Program-made: the position numbers and the translations under genes | In this document: positions 25,179-34,685 of the stretch, in pieces | Layout of the letters: each line of letters begins with the position of its first letter | Numbering within the stretch: position 1 is the stretch's first letter | Assembly (NCBI GenBank): GCA_049840675.1 | Contig: JASGKB010000001.1 | Coordinates: 40,151-104,150 of the forward strand | Direction of reading: 5' to 3' | DNA from: Pirellulales bacterium | Lineage (GTDB): Bacteria > Planctomycetota > Planctomycetia > Pirellulales > PNKZ01 | Length of the DNA stretch: 64,000 nt | Notes under the pieces: generated by a model | Database searches by the model: none | Seen by the model: only the letters and a program-made list of their open reading frames with translations | What the model was told of the DNA's origin: nothing

Positions 25179-25268
25179 TCACCGCCGCCGAATCCGCCGG
25201 GCAATGATCGTCATCGCCAACACGACGACAAGCCCGGCGAACAACAGCAAGTTCTGGTCGATGAGCAT
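25179..25268 (-). CDS. 29-aa hydrophobic micropeptide, copy 2 (MLIDQNLLLFAGLVVVLAMTIIARRIRRR)
   Basis: Differs from copy 1 at two of 90 nt (one silent, one F to I). Forms the C-terminal part of ORF 25179..25448. Confidence 0.55.
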   Translation of the reverse strand: MLIDQNLLLFAGLVVVLAMTIIARRIRRR

Positions 25269-25372
25269 GAGTACCATGCTAATTCGCACAGGCGGCGACG
25301 ACCAATATTCTCCGGCGACTTGCCGGTAAAGGTTACGCCATCTCGATGTGGGTAAATGTCGGAGCGTAAGCG

Positions 25373-26038
25373 TCAGTGGCCGTAAATGATCTTCAGCGCT
25401 CGCGGGTCGTATCGACCGAAGGTCATGAGGTTGAACACCGGCCGCCATTCGGCGCTCTTGGGTTGCAGAACGTCTCTGGCGAAAACTTCGATTACAGCGA
25501 ATGCTTTGTACTCGTAGGTATCGGGCTTGCTGTCTTTCATGCCCTTCTGAGCGACTTCAATTGTGCGTTTTTGATAATCAATGTCGACTTTCTCGCCGCG
25601 AATATTCATGCGAGCCTCTTCTCGGATGCCCTCGTCTACGATGTCCGATAACGCTCGGAAAATGTGAGCGTTGACGGCTTCAAGCGTCGCGTTCGAAAGC
25701 TCTACTTGCAGTTGGTTCGCACGGCTTTGCAACGCACGTAGTTCGACTTCTTTGTCTCCAAACTGTCTCCGTAAATCTTCGATGCGACGCGCCCGCTCGG
25801 CAACTTCTGCTTGCAGTTGCTTAGCTTTTTCTTCCGTGGCTTTGTTATCCGCCGTCAGTCGAATCCCTTCGGTCCTCAGCTTTTCGACTTCACCTTTCGC
25901 GTCTTTCAGCTCGTTCTCTTTGCTGAAAACCGGATAGATCGTGGTGCGATACACGACGATGGCAAAAATCAATGTGCCGATGGCAGCGACGCGCAACGCG
26001 CCTTCGATGACTCCATCTTCCGGCTTCCACCACTTCAT
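25373..26038 (-). CDS. Hypothetical protein with N-terminal TM helix and long coiled coil
   Basis: AGGAAGAGG RBS; TM helix at about aa 14-31; heptad-rich region; intact 221-aa ORF. Confidence 0.7.
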   Translation of the reverse strand: MKWWKPEDGVIEGALRVAAIGTLIFAIVVYRTTIYPVFSKENELKDAKGEVEKLRTEGIRLTADNKATEEKAKQLQAEVAERARRIEDLRRQFGDKEVELRALQSRANQLQVELSNATLEAVNAHIFRALSDIVDEGIREEARMNIRGEKVDIDYQKRTIEVAQKGMKDSKPDTYEYKAFAVIEVFARDVLQPKSAEWRPVFNLMTFGRYDPRALKIIYGH

Positions 26039-26165
26039 TGCCTCTTCCTTCTGCTCGGTTTTTCCTAGTTTCGGCTTACCGATCGAGGTTCGTAAAAACC
26101 CGTCCGCGTATACGGTCGTGGATGTTCGAGAGTCGCGTCACGATGCAGCTCTCACGGGCCGACAA

Positions 26166-26513
26166 TCACACACCGTTTGCTAGTTGCAAAGCTGCTTGGC
26201 GAAAAAGAAGGATGGTATACGCCGTTGCGACGATCAATCCTGTGAAGCAAGGAACCAAGCTATTTGTGAACTCGGGAACTTGGTCTCTGGTTTTCTTGTG
26301 CCGAGCAAACACCATACGCATGGAGAGAATCATCGCGGTGAGCGCGATCACTCCTTCAATAAGACTCCCCAAGCCCGCGGACAACCCAACTCTCTGAAAC
26401 TGTCCGATTAGCCGCGGAGCACAGGATATCGCCAACGCGATACCCATGACATTCGCGTGCATGTTCCATTCTTGCTGCTCTTCCTTTGTCCACTCCTGCA
26501 TCGCTTCCTCCAA
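26166..26513 (-). CDS. Hypothetical membrane protein with about three TM helices
   Basis: Three hydrophobic segments; the start may be at MQEW (GGAGG upstream). Confidence 0.5.
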   Translation of the reverse strand: MEEAMQEWTKEEQQEWNMHANVMGIALAISCAPRLIGQFQRVGLSAGLGSLIEGVIALTAMILSMRMVFARHKKTRDQVPEFTNSLVPCFTGLIVATAYTILLFRQAALQLANGV

Positions 26514-26514
26514 T

Positions 26515-26543
26515 AAAAAAGCCCCGCCATTGCTGACGGGGCT
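26515..26543 (-). terminator. Intrinsic terminator
   Basis: On the minus strand: GCCCCGTCA-GCAA-TGGCGGGGC followed by T6. Confidence 0.75.
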
Positions 26544-26570
26544 ATATCGTTGTTGCCAAACAGCGAGAGG

Positions 26571-26885
26571 TCAGCCCAGGAGCTGCTTCTTCGTATACTC
26601 GACACCCGCGGCGTTGATCAGCTCCTGCCACGATCTGAAGCTCGTGGTGGTCCGCGTGAACTCGTCCTTCTCCGCGTCCGTCATTTGCTTAAAAGCATCA
26701 GCGGTCATTCCGCTCTGGGTGAACCAATCTTCGACGCTTTGGAAACGGCTGTGCGCACGCATAAAGCTCGGCGTCGCCATGTCGACGAGCTTGACTTCTC
26801 GCGTGCCGTCCAGTCGCGCGGCATTCTGCTGGAGCTTCTTCAACATCTTGTCGACGCCGCTCGTATCGATCTCAAATTTGAACAT
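26571..26885 (-). CDS. Small conserved hypothetical protein of a type seen in prophages
   Basis: 104 aa; motifs FM.AHSRF.S and TTTSF.SWQEL..AAG.EY resemble a family I recall from mobile regions (not verified); followed by a terminator. Confidence 0.7.
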   Translation of the reverse strand: MFKFEIDTSGVDKMLKKLQQNAARLDGTREVKLVDMATPSFMRAHSRFQSVEDWFTQSGMTADAFKQMTDAEKDEFTRTTTSFRSWQELINAAGVEYTKKQLLG

Positions 26886-26916
26886 TCCTTGCTCCCTAAA
26901 CGTCCGTGAAAGAATG

Positions 26917-26944
26917 AAAACCCCGGCGCCATCGCCCGCCGGGG
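26917..26944 (-). terminator. Intrinsic terminator or attenuator between yjzC and the next gene
   Basis: CCCCGGCG...CGCCGGGG stem followed by TTTT on the minus strand. Confidence 0.6.
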
Positions 26945-26951
26945 CTAGGAC

Positions 26952-27143
26952 CTACTTACCCGACTTGTTCTTCGTTCCGTCGACCAATTTGTAGGTGGAA
27001 CCGGCCGTCGGTGTCGGCGGAAGAGTCTTGCCCTTCACACCCGTCACTTCAGGTCCTGCTCCGCCACGAGGTCCGACCACTTGGTACTGGCCAGACTTGG
27101 GGGCATCCTGCCCCGGCTTCAAACCACTTGGCTTCTTACTCAT
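26952..27143 (-). CDS. YjzC family protein
   Basis: KPGQDAPKSGQY.VVGPRGG...EVT.VKGKTLPPT is the YjzC signature; GGAG RBS upstream. Confidence 0.85.
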   Translation of the reverse strand: MSKKPSGLKPGQDAPKSGQYQVVGPRGGAGPEVTGVKGKTLPPTPTAGSTYKLVDGTKNKSGK

Positions 27144-27208
27144 TGTCACAAACTCCGTTCAAAACCGGCCAGTGACCTATCAGAGATATCTGATGAATTG
27201 CCCCGACC

Positions 27209-27255
27209 GACCCGCATATTGTACCAATACTTGCCAGTGATACCACATGTGGTAT
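27209..27255. promoter_or_regulatory. Tandem NrdR-box-like operators upstream of yjzC
   Basis: Perfect palindrome ATACCACATGTGGTAT (27240-27255; core CCACATGTGG at 27243) and a second core CCGCATATTG at 27212, 31 bp apart. Confidence 0.5.
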
Positions 27256-27329
27256 GTGGTTTCGCGCAACCCCATGGTGTACAAGAGGTTGCGCATGTAC
27301 TTTTGTGCAGGTGCGAGTGCGGCGTCGTG

Positions 27330-27760
27330 ATGCGTTTTGAAAATCTCAAATCTTGGCAGCTCGGAGAGGCGATACACGGGTGCACGAAATGGTCGGCTAC
27401 TTCAACCGTTTGAAGAAACGAATGGCTGCGAGAAAGTTCGATGACGACCGCATCTCGCAATGCATTGGCGACGCCGAGCAAAAGCTCCACTCGCTTTGGG
27501 TTCATCTGCATTACATGACTTGCGGTGTCGCAAAGCAGGTAGCCCAAGTTGCTTTGAGGCGTTACGGGCGACCTTGCAAAAATGTCCGCCTAAAGAATCC
27601 TGGATCCTTCGACCCGATAGGTTCGAAGCTTTTTTCGATTCGGAGAATTCCAAAAGAATTTTCCGAGACGTCGACATCTTCGATTCTTCAAACGAAATTG
27701 CGTTCTCGAACGTCGTTTTATTTCGCGGCGATATTTCCGAGCCGTTGTCCAACCTGTTGA
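27330..27760 (+). CDS. Small hypothetical protein, probably frameshifted; ends uncertain
   Basis: The core GYFNRLKKRM...FDDD...LHSLWVHLHYMTC resembles small planctomycete proteins from memory (not verified). Confidence 0.4.
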
Positions 27761-27826
27761 CGGACCTCGCAACGTGTTGATTATTGCGAGCGTAGAGCAA
27801 CCGTTTCACGCAGGAGACAAAACGCC

Positions 27827-28129
27827 ATGTCGCTCGTTGAATTGCCCACGTTCGAGAATGAGCTTTTGCGGTCGGCTTTCGAGAAAGCGGAAAGTGGCAT
27901 GCCCGCTCAGATTTTCGAACGCACGACTGACCAATCCGAAGGTCCGTTCGTTGCTTGTAAGTACCAGTACACGAAGCCGGAAAACCGGCAGGGCGGTTTT
28001 GACGCTCTCGAAAACTTGATTCGCCTCGGCTTTGTCGAATTGCACCATGACGACGGTAACGGCCGTCTTGCCTACTCAATTACCAAAGCTGGCAAGGTCG
28101 TAGCTCGCAAGCTTCCGCCGACCGAGTAA
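27827..28129 (+). CDS. Hypothetical protein, possible winged-helix fold
   Basis: AGGAG RBS; C-terminal ALENLIRLGFVE...YSITKAGK is wHTH-like. Confidence 0.6.
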   Translation: MSLVELPTFENELLRSAFEKAESGMPAQIFERTTDQSEGPFVACKYQYTKPENRQGGFDALENLIRLGFVELHHDDGNGRLAYSITKAGKVVARKLPPTE

Positions 28130-28215
28130 AAAAAGGCGTCGTTCAGGAAAAGGTCAGAACTCCGAGCGGCCGCCAGCATCGTGCCCCGCTCCTTCGGCAA
28201 CCTCGCGTTATGCCG

Positions 28216-28896
28216 CTAGAAATTATTCAGTTCAATAGGGTTGATGCCTCTTGCCGCTCGAAGTTCATTCAAAAGAATCGCGATCTTCCGCATTTCTTCC
28301 GGAGTGAACTCATCACTTTTGATTTGGTTGCACCTGCCGCAGCACGGTACGACATTGTCCGCCACATAGATGCGTCGGGTGTTATCCAAGCGATCAAGCC
28401 CAATTCCCGTTTCATTGATTGGGAAACCGCAGTAATAACAGCCTTGCGATACTAACGCTTCGTACTCGGCTTTCGACAACGACCATTCGAGGCCGCGTTT
28501 TTTCGCAATTGCACGGGCACGGTTAAATCGTTGTCGCCGCATCTGCACTTGGGCGACCTTGGCCCAACATATCTTGCAATGATGGCCTTTTCCCGACTTG
28601 TTCGCAGCGTTGGAATGAAAGTCCGACAACGGCTTCACCGTCTCGCAATGCCCGCAGTATTTTTCGTTCTCACCTAACAAATACGAGTACGCCTTACCTT
28701 TGCATTTAGCCCCACAGTATTTGCTTTCCTGTCTGCCTTTGTATGGATTCTTGCACACCTCGCAGATTTTTTCGGGCCTGTAATGATTTTCGGGCCTCGC
28801 AACCTTTCGGCAGTCTTCGCAACAGAACTTTGCTGCCGAACCGCCAAAAAACGGTGTTCTGCAATTTTCGCACATTCTTTGGCTCTGTTTCTTCAC
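28216..28896 (-). CDS. HNH-like endonuclease with multiple zinc-finger modules
   Basis: Modules CENC..FCCEDC, CEVC..YCGAKC and CGHC..KPLSDF..CKIC, then CYYCG..GLDRLDN...NVVPCCGRCNQIK (His-Me finger typical of phage and viral nucleases). Confidence 0.8.
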   Translation of the reverse strand: MKKQSQRMCENCRTPFFGGSAAKFCCEDCRKVARPENHYRPEKICEVCKNPYKGRQESKYCGAKCKGKAYSYLLGENEKYCGHCETVKPLSDFHSNAANKSGKGHHCKICWAKVAQVQMRRQRFNRARAIAKKRGLEWSLSKAEYEALVSQGCYYCGFPINETGIGLDRLDNTRRIYVADNVVPCCGRCNQIKSDEFTPEEMRKIAILLNELRAARGINPIELNNF

Positions 28897-29211
28897 GCAA
28901 CCTCTCCCCCATTATTACATTCGCCTTCGCGGCGCTTTCGTCGTTTGCCCGGCCTAATCTACTCCAGATCGTCGACTCGTAAACTTGCGAGAATCTTCTA
29001 GCTCTACGACGCCAACGACCTATGCAGGACCTTTCTCAGGTGTGTCACTGAACTCTTCGACGATTACCAACGTTGTTTATCTCCCTCGCTCCGCAACGCG
29101 GGGCGAGGGGACCAAACCTGTTTTGTTCTGAAGCGGGTCGTCGGTTTGTTCGTCCAGCGAGACGGGCATGTCGGCCTTGTGGTTCGACGCTTGCTGAGGC
29201 GGAATCATATT

Positions 29212-29295
29212 TCATTAGCCGGAACGCGCTAGCGTCCGGTCCCGAATCGCAACCGATGGCGAATGGACCGGGGGCTAGCGCCCTCCGGCTGATGA
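29212..29295. repeat. Inverted REP-like doublet
   Basis: TCATTAGCCGGAACGCGCTAGCGTCCGGT faces ACCGGGGGCTAGCGCCCTCCGGCTGATGA. Confidence 0.7.
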
Positions 29296-29544
29296 GACTT
29301 CCTTGGGCTGATGGAGCGGGTCGCGGATCGATGTCGTGACGCGGCACCGCTAGATAGATGACAAAGCGTGACGCGGCGCATCGCACTAGCCGGCCGTGCC
29401 GGCATGGTCGGGGTTGGACGAGTTCGCCGGTTCTGCTACAAACCGCGGCCCGCGTAGGTCGGGCGTTGCCGGCTGGGAAGCCTCGGCAGCGCTGCGGTCG
29501 CCTTGCGCGAGGCTCCAAGTTTTGCGGCCGGGAAGTCGTCACGG

Positions 29545-31515
29545 ATGAACAACTTCGGAAGATCGCTCAAACTGGCGCTGCGCTATAAGTGGACGTTCGT
29601 CGGCTCCGTGCTGGCGGCGCTCGCCGTGGCCGTGCTGTGGGGCGGCAACATCGGCGCCGTCTACCCGCTCGTCGAGATTTCGCTCAAAGGGGAAACCCTC
29701 CGCGATTGGTCGCAGAAGCGGGTCGACACTTACCGCAAGCAAATCGAAGCCGACGACGCCGAACTGGTACGCCTCGGCGGACCGGAAGCCGGCAACGCAG
29801 CCCGCCATTTGGCGGCGCAGCGCGAGTCGCACGTCGCCCTGCTCCACATGTTCACCTGGCTCGACGAATCCGTCATCGCGCCTCATTTGAACTTCTCGCC
29901 GTTCGCCACGCTCGTGCTGGTAATCGGCGTCTTGCTGGTCGGCACGCTCGTGAAGAGCGTGTTCCTCGTCATCAATCAGATTTTGGTGACGCGGCTGGCG
30001 AGCTTGGCCGTGATGGATCTGCGCAAGGAGTTCTTTCGCAAGTCGCTCCGTTGCGACTTGGGCCGCTTCACGGCCGACGGCACCGGCGAGCTGATGAGCC
30101 GGTTTACGTACGACATGGAAAACCTGCTTTCGGCCCACAGCGAATTCTTCGGCAAGCTCGTCCGCGAGCCTCTGAAGATGCTGGCCTGCTTGGCCGGCGC
30201 GGCGTTCGTGAGTTGGCGGCTGTTGCTCTTCTCGCTGATTCTCGCGCCGCCGGCGGCGTTTCTGGTCCGCAAACTTGCCAAGGCGCTGAAGCGCGCGAAT
30301 CGCAAGCTGATGGAAGAGATGTCGGAGATGTACGAAATCATCGACGAAACCTTCCAAGGGGTGAAGGTCGTCAAGGCGTTCACCATGGAACGGCACGAGC
30401 GCCGCCGCTTCCACTACAGCAACAAAGAGTTCTACAAGAAATCCATGCGCATCGGCCGCTACGATGCGCTGACGCGCCCGCTCACGGAAGTGCTCGGCAT
30501 CGGCACGATCTGCGTCGCCCTCTTGGCCGGCACTTACTTGGTGCTCAATCAAGCGACGCACATCGGCTTCATCAAACTCTCCGACGAACCGATCTCGCTG
30601 AGCATGATGTTCGTGTTCTACGGCATGCTGGCCGGCACGAGCGACCCGGCCCGCAAGCTTTCGGAAGTGTTTAGCCGACTGCAGCGCAGCGCCGCGGCGG
30701 CCGACCGTATTTATCAACTGCTCGACCGCGAACCGACGGTCGTGAACCCGCCGAAGCCGGTGAACTTGCCGCGGCACTCGCGCGACCTCGTGCTGGACAA
30801 CGTCAGCTTTTCGTACACGCCCGACCGGCCGGTGCTGGAGAACGTTTCGCTCACGATTCGCGCCGGCGAAACCGTGGCGATCGTCGGCCCCAACGGCTGC
30901 GGCAAAAGTACGCTCGCCAACCTGCTGCCGCGCTTCTTCGATCCGACCGGCGGCCGCGTGCTGCTGGACGGCGTGGATATTCGCGACGTGCGCATGCAGG
31001 ACTTGCGCACGCAGATCGGCATCGTCGCTCAAGAGACGCTGCTCTTCGACGATACGGTGCTCAATAACATTCGTTACGGCTCGCCGCGCCACGCGCGAGC
31101 AAGTGATCGCCGCCGCCGAACAAGCGCACGCCCATCGCTTCATCGAAGAGAAGCTTTCGGCCGGTTACGAAACCGTGGTCGGTCAGCGCGGGAGCAAGCT
31201 TTCCGGAGGTCAGCGGCAACGCATCGCTCTGGCCCGCGCGATTCTGCGCGATCCGGCCTTGCTCATCCTCGACGAAGCGACGAGCCAAGTGGATTTGGAA
31301 AGCGAACAAGTCATCCACCGCGTGCTCGAGCGCTCGTGCGCGACCGTACGGCGGTGATCATCACGCACCGCCTCAGCACCTTGGCGCTGGCGGATCGGAT
31401 CGTGGTGATGAACGCAGGTCAGATCTTAGACGTCGGCACGCACGCCGAACTTCTCGGCCGTTGCGATTTCTATCGTCGACTGCACGAGTTGCAATTTCAC
31501 GACGCCGCGGCCTAG
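29545..31515 (+). CDS. ABC exporter with fused permease and ATPase (MsbA-like); two compensating frameshifts at about 31090-31335
   Basis: TM domain and Walker A GPNGCGKS; LSGGQRQR and ILDEATS lie in the shifted frame (ORF 31103..31357); IITHRLST. Confidence 0.92.
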   Translation: MNNFGRSLKLALRYKWTFVGSVLAALAVAVLWGGNIGAVYPLVEISLKGETLRDWSQKRVDTYRKQIEADDAELVRLGGPEAGNAARHLAAQRESHVALLHMFTWLDESVIAPHLNFSPFATLVLVIGVLLVGTLVKSVFLVINQILVTRLASLAVMDLRKEFFRKSLRCDLGRFTADGTGELMSRFTYDMENLLSAHSEFFGKLVREPLKMLACLAGAAFVSWRLLLFSLILAPPAAFLVRKLAKALKRANRKLMEEMSEMYEIIDETFQGVKVVKAFTMERHERRRFHYSNKEFYKKSMRIGRYDALTRPLTEVLGIGTICVALLAGTYLVLNQATHIGFIKLSDEPISLSMMFVFYGMLAGTSDPARKLSEVFSRLQRSAAAADRIYQLLDREPTVVNPPKPVNLPRHSRDLVLDNVSFSYTPDRPVLENVSLTIRAGETVAIVGPNGCGKSTLANLLPRFFDPTGGRVLLDGVDIRDVRMQDLRTQIGIVAQETLLFDDTVLNNIRYGSPRHARASDRRRRTSARPSLHRREAFGRLRNRGRSAREQAFRRSAATHRSGPRDSARSGLAHPRRSDEPSGFGKRTSHPPRARALVRDRTAVIITHRLSTLALADRIVVMNAGQILDVGTHAELLGRCDFYRRLHELQFHDAAA

Positions 31516-31565
31516 GAGCACCGCGCGGGTCAGAGCTAGGTTCGGTTCGAGCGAGGGTCGTCTCC

Positions 31566-31993
31566 ATGATCGATTTCACTCCGACAGTGCGCCGGCGGTT
31601 GCCGCAGGCGCTGCTGCTTGGCATCGCCTGCGGTCTTACGATCGGCTTCGTCGGCTGTGCCAACTTCTCTAAGCACCGGCCTGCCGCGCTCGCGGCGGCG
31701 CACGATCGGCAGGCGCAACGCACGGCCGGCGTCGACACGCGCGACGCGATGCTCACGATCGTTCGCGAGCTCGTACCGCCGGGGACGTCGTTGGCCCAAG
31801 CCGAAGCGATTCTTGAAGCCGAAGGGTTCGACTGCGCTTCGCGGCCGACGACGCCGGCACGGTCGACTTTCTTCGCGGTACCCGAGTTGATTCGACCGGC
31901 CCGCTGGTTTCGCGCCGCTGGACCGTACGGTTGCCGTACCGCGACGGGATGGTGGTCGACTGCCACGTGGAAACCGGGCTCATCGGACCGTAG
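31566..31993 (+). CDS. Hypothetical lipoprotein; probable frameshift
   Basis: Signal peptide with lipobox-like FVGC; likely C-terminus ...VVDCHVETGLIGP* ending at 31993. Confidence 0.5.
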
Positions 31994-32028
31994 CGCAAAA
32001 AGGCCCGCCGGCAAGTCTTTGACCCCTT

Positions 32029-32043
32029 TGGCACATGGCTTGC
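32029..32043 (+). promoter_or_regulatory. Sigma-54 (-24/-12) promoter
   Basis: TGGCACATGGCTTGC fits TGGCAC-N5-TTGC with exact GG-N10-GC spacing and is intergenic. Confidence 0.8.
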
Positions 32044-32052
32044 CTATAGAGA

Positions 32053-32298
32053 GGTGTCACCGCTCCCGGAACAGAGAGCGGTGGCCCTCGGAGCCTTCGG
32101 GTTTCGGGAGCTTGCTCAGAGGCACTTCGGCCCTGGGAAGTCTTCCTTCGGGAAGCTCTCGAGCCGCTGTTTCCGGCAAAAACAAGCCTTTACGATCGTG
32201 GGCTCCGCAGTCCCTGTCGCAAGGTTTGGCCGGATGAGCAAGGCAGCGGGGCGGGTCGGGAGCTTGAATGAGGCACAAGCTTTCGACCCTCCCGTTGC
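32053..32298 (+). ncRNA. Putative structured RNA of unrecognised family; 3' end uncertain
   Basis: Starts at the predicted sigma-54 +1; consecutive hairpins, two with C(UUCG)G loops; G-U-containing stems; no credible ORF. Confidence 0.5.
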
Positions 32299-32729
32299 AA
32301 ATTGCAACGTTGCAGAATGATACACCTGTAGCAAAACGCTGCAGTTCACGGTCGGATCAGCCTGGGGAACAGGGGCTGCCGATCGTGTGAATTCTGCCGC
32401 GTTGGGTCTCGACGGGCGTGAGCGAAAGTCGTTGAAATCAAACGATTTTATTGACTCCAGCCCGGCGATTCCTACCATGAATGTTTGGCGCTCAGGTGGT
32501 TCCTTCGAGGGGAGTAGAACTCTCGACGGGACTTGAGGAAGTGCGAACGGGTAAACGCGCAAAGTGAATGCGCACGATGCTCGTCGCCCTCTCGTCTGAG
32601 TTCTCTTGTTCGATCTGAGTTCTCACGTCTGGGGTTCTCTCGTCTGCGTCGGCATTCATTACGTTCGCGTCGGGCTGAAAGTTTGTAGGCACGCAAGTTT
32701 GTCAGCACGCCAAGTCTGAAGCATGTGCA

Positions 32730-34502
32730 TTGGAAAGTTCGGTCGAGCATGACCAAGTCGTTCAACTGTTCTGTTGCACGCTCGTCGGTACGGATACTTG
32801 CACCATCGCGCTGGTACACCCCGGCGCTTCGTCTACCGCCGCGGAACTCGCGGCCGGTGCCGCGACGGCTGCTACGCGCAAACTTCCGCGCAGCGCCACG
32901 GGCAATGTCAGCGAAGGCGACATCATCAAGTACATCAACGAACAAATTCGCAAAGGCTGGGCCGATACGGGCGTCGGCCCGTCGCCGCAAGCGACCGATG
33001 CCGAATGGTGCCGTCGCGTTTATCTCGACATCATCGGCCGGCTGCCGACCGTCGAAGAATTGAACGCCTACCTCTCGTCGGGCAGTCCGGAAAAGCGGCT
33101 CCGCATGGTCTCGCTGCTCACCGGCGAAACGCTGCCGGGCAAAACCCAAGGACACAAGCCCTGGCCGACAAGTATCTGGAAGAGTACGCCCGTCACTGGG
33201 CTTCGAAGTTTTCGATTCTGTTCGTCGGCCGTCCGCCGGCTCAACGTCAGAACCGTGAGCTCGTGAACCGTGACGGCATGCAGGCCTTCCTCCGCGGTTC
33301 GTTCCTGCGGAACAAGCCGTGGGACAAGATCGTCGAAGAGATCGTCGCGCCACGGGCACGACGTCGCCGGGCTCGCCGGAATTCAACGGCGCCACGAACT
33401 TCCTCGTGAACAAGCTCGCTGAAAACGCCACGGAAGCCACGGCCAAAGACCGCCAAGTACTTCCTCGGCATCCAAGTGCAATGCACGCAGTGCCACAACC
33501 ATCCGTTTAACGATTGGAAGCAGGACCAATTCTGGGGCCTGAACGCCTTCTTCCGCCAAACCAAGAGCGTGCAAAATCGCAACGGCCAGAACGTCGAATA
33601 CGTGACGCTCGGCAACGAAGATTTTGCCGGCGAAGGGAACAGCCCGAAGGAAGCGGAAATCTACTTCGAACTGCGTAACGGCGAACTTCGCGTCGCCTAC
33701 CCGACGTTCGTGGACGGCACGAAGATCAACTCCAGCGGCTACGTGAACGAAGTCGATCGCCGCGGCGAGCTGGTCGAAGCTCATCGTCAAGCACGAAAAC
33801 TTCGGCAAGGCGTTCGTCAATCGGATGTGGGGCCACTTCCTCGGCTACGGCTTCACCAAGCCGGTCGACGACATGGGTCCGCACAATCCGATTTCGCACC
33901 CGGAACTTCTCGATCGCCTCGGCTCGGAATTCGCGGCCCGCGGTCACAACGTTCGCGAAGTCATCAAGTGGATCACGCTGAGCGAAGCTTATTCGCTTTC
34001 GAGCCGCACGACGCCGCGCAACAAGAAGGACGATCCTTCGCTCGGCGAGAAGCCGATGTTCTCGCACTTCTACATCCGCCAAATGCAAGCGGAAGAGTTG
34101 TACGAAAGCCTCTTGGCCGCCACGCGGGCCGACAAGGAAGGCACCCCGGAAGAACGCACGGCGAAGAAGGCCATGTGGCTCTCGCAATTCACCGTGACCT
34201 TCGGCAACGACGAAGGGGACGAAGCCACGACGTTCGACGGCACCATTCCGCAAGTGCTGATGCTCATGAACGGCGATCTCACGAAGACCGCCCTGACGAG
34301 CACCTTTATGAGCCAACTCTCGGCGAGCCCCGCCTCGCTGAAGGATAAGGTTGATTACTTGTACATGGCGACGTTGGCCCGCAAGCCGACGAGCCGCGAA
34401 GCAGGCTTGGCCCTGAACGCCAAGGGAGCCGGCCCGCAAGAAGTGCTGCAAGACGTGTTCTGGGCGCTGCTGAACTCCAACGAGTTCATCTTCAACCACT
34501 AA
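32730..34502 (+). CDS. DUF1549/DUF1553 (PSCyt2/PSD1) planctomycete protein; several frameshifts, start uncertain
   Basis: Motifs ATDAEWCRRVYLDIIGRLPT, FLGIQVQCTQCHNHPF..WKQ, VNRMWGHFLG, SHPELLD.L and WALLNSNEFIFNH. Confidence 0.88.
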
Positions 34503-34685
34503 CGCGTCGCGAAGAAGTATCGTCGCGTCGGGCCTTGGGAAACCCTCGGCGCGACGAAGCCCGACGAGCGATCAGGTAAGCGGATCGCATCGTCGGGAGG
34601 TAGGAAAGGCCGAGAGGTCGGATAAGTCACCGTTTGAGATCACGTTTAGAGATCACGCAGTTATCACGCTCCGGGAGATTCGCAG

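Larger units (their letters stand above)
23886..29060. mobile_element. Lower-GC accessory island, probably a phage or satellite remnant; no integrase seen
   Basis: Visibly more AT-rich than the flanks, with atypical codon usage and short orphan genes including yjzC and an HNH nuclease. Boundaries are approximate and no att repeats were found. Confidence 0.55.

Noticed and set aside
27180-27193. Imperfect palindrome TCAGAGATATCTGA as a third NrdR box
   Set aside because: It lacks the C and G at the core boundaries and is out of register with the other two boxes.
32116-32562. 148-aa minus-strand ORF across the structured intergenic region
   Set aside because: No RBS or motif and atypical composition; the plus-strand promoter and RNA hairpins explain the region better.
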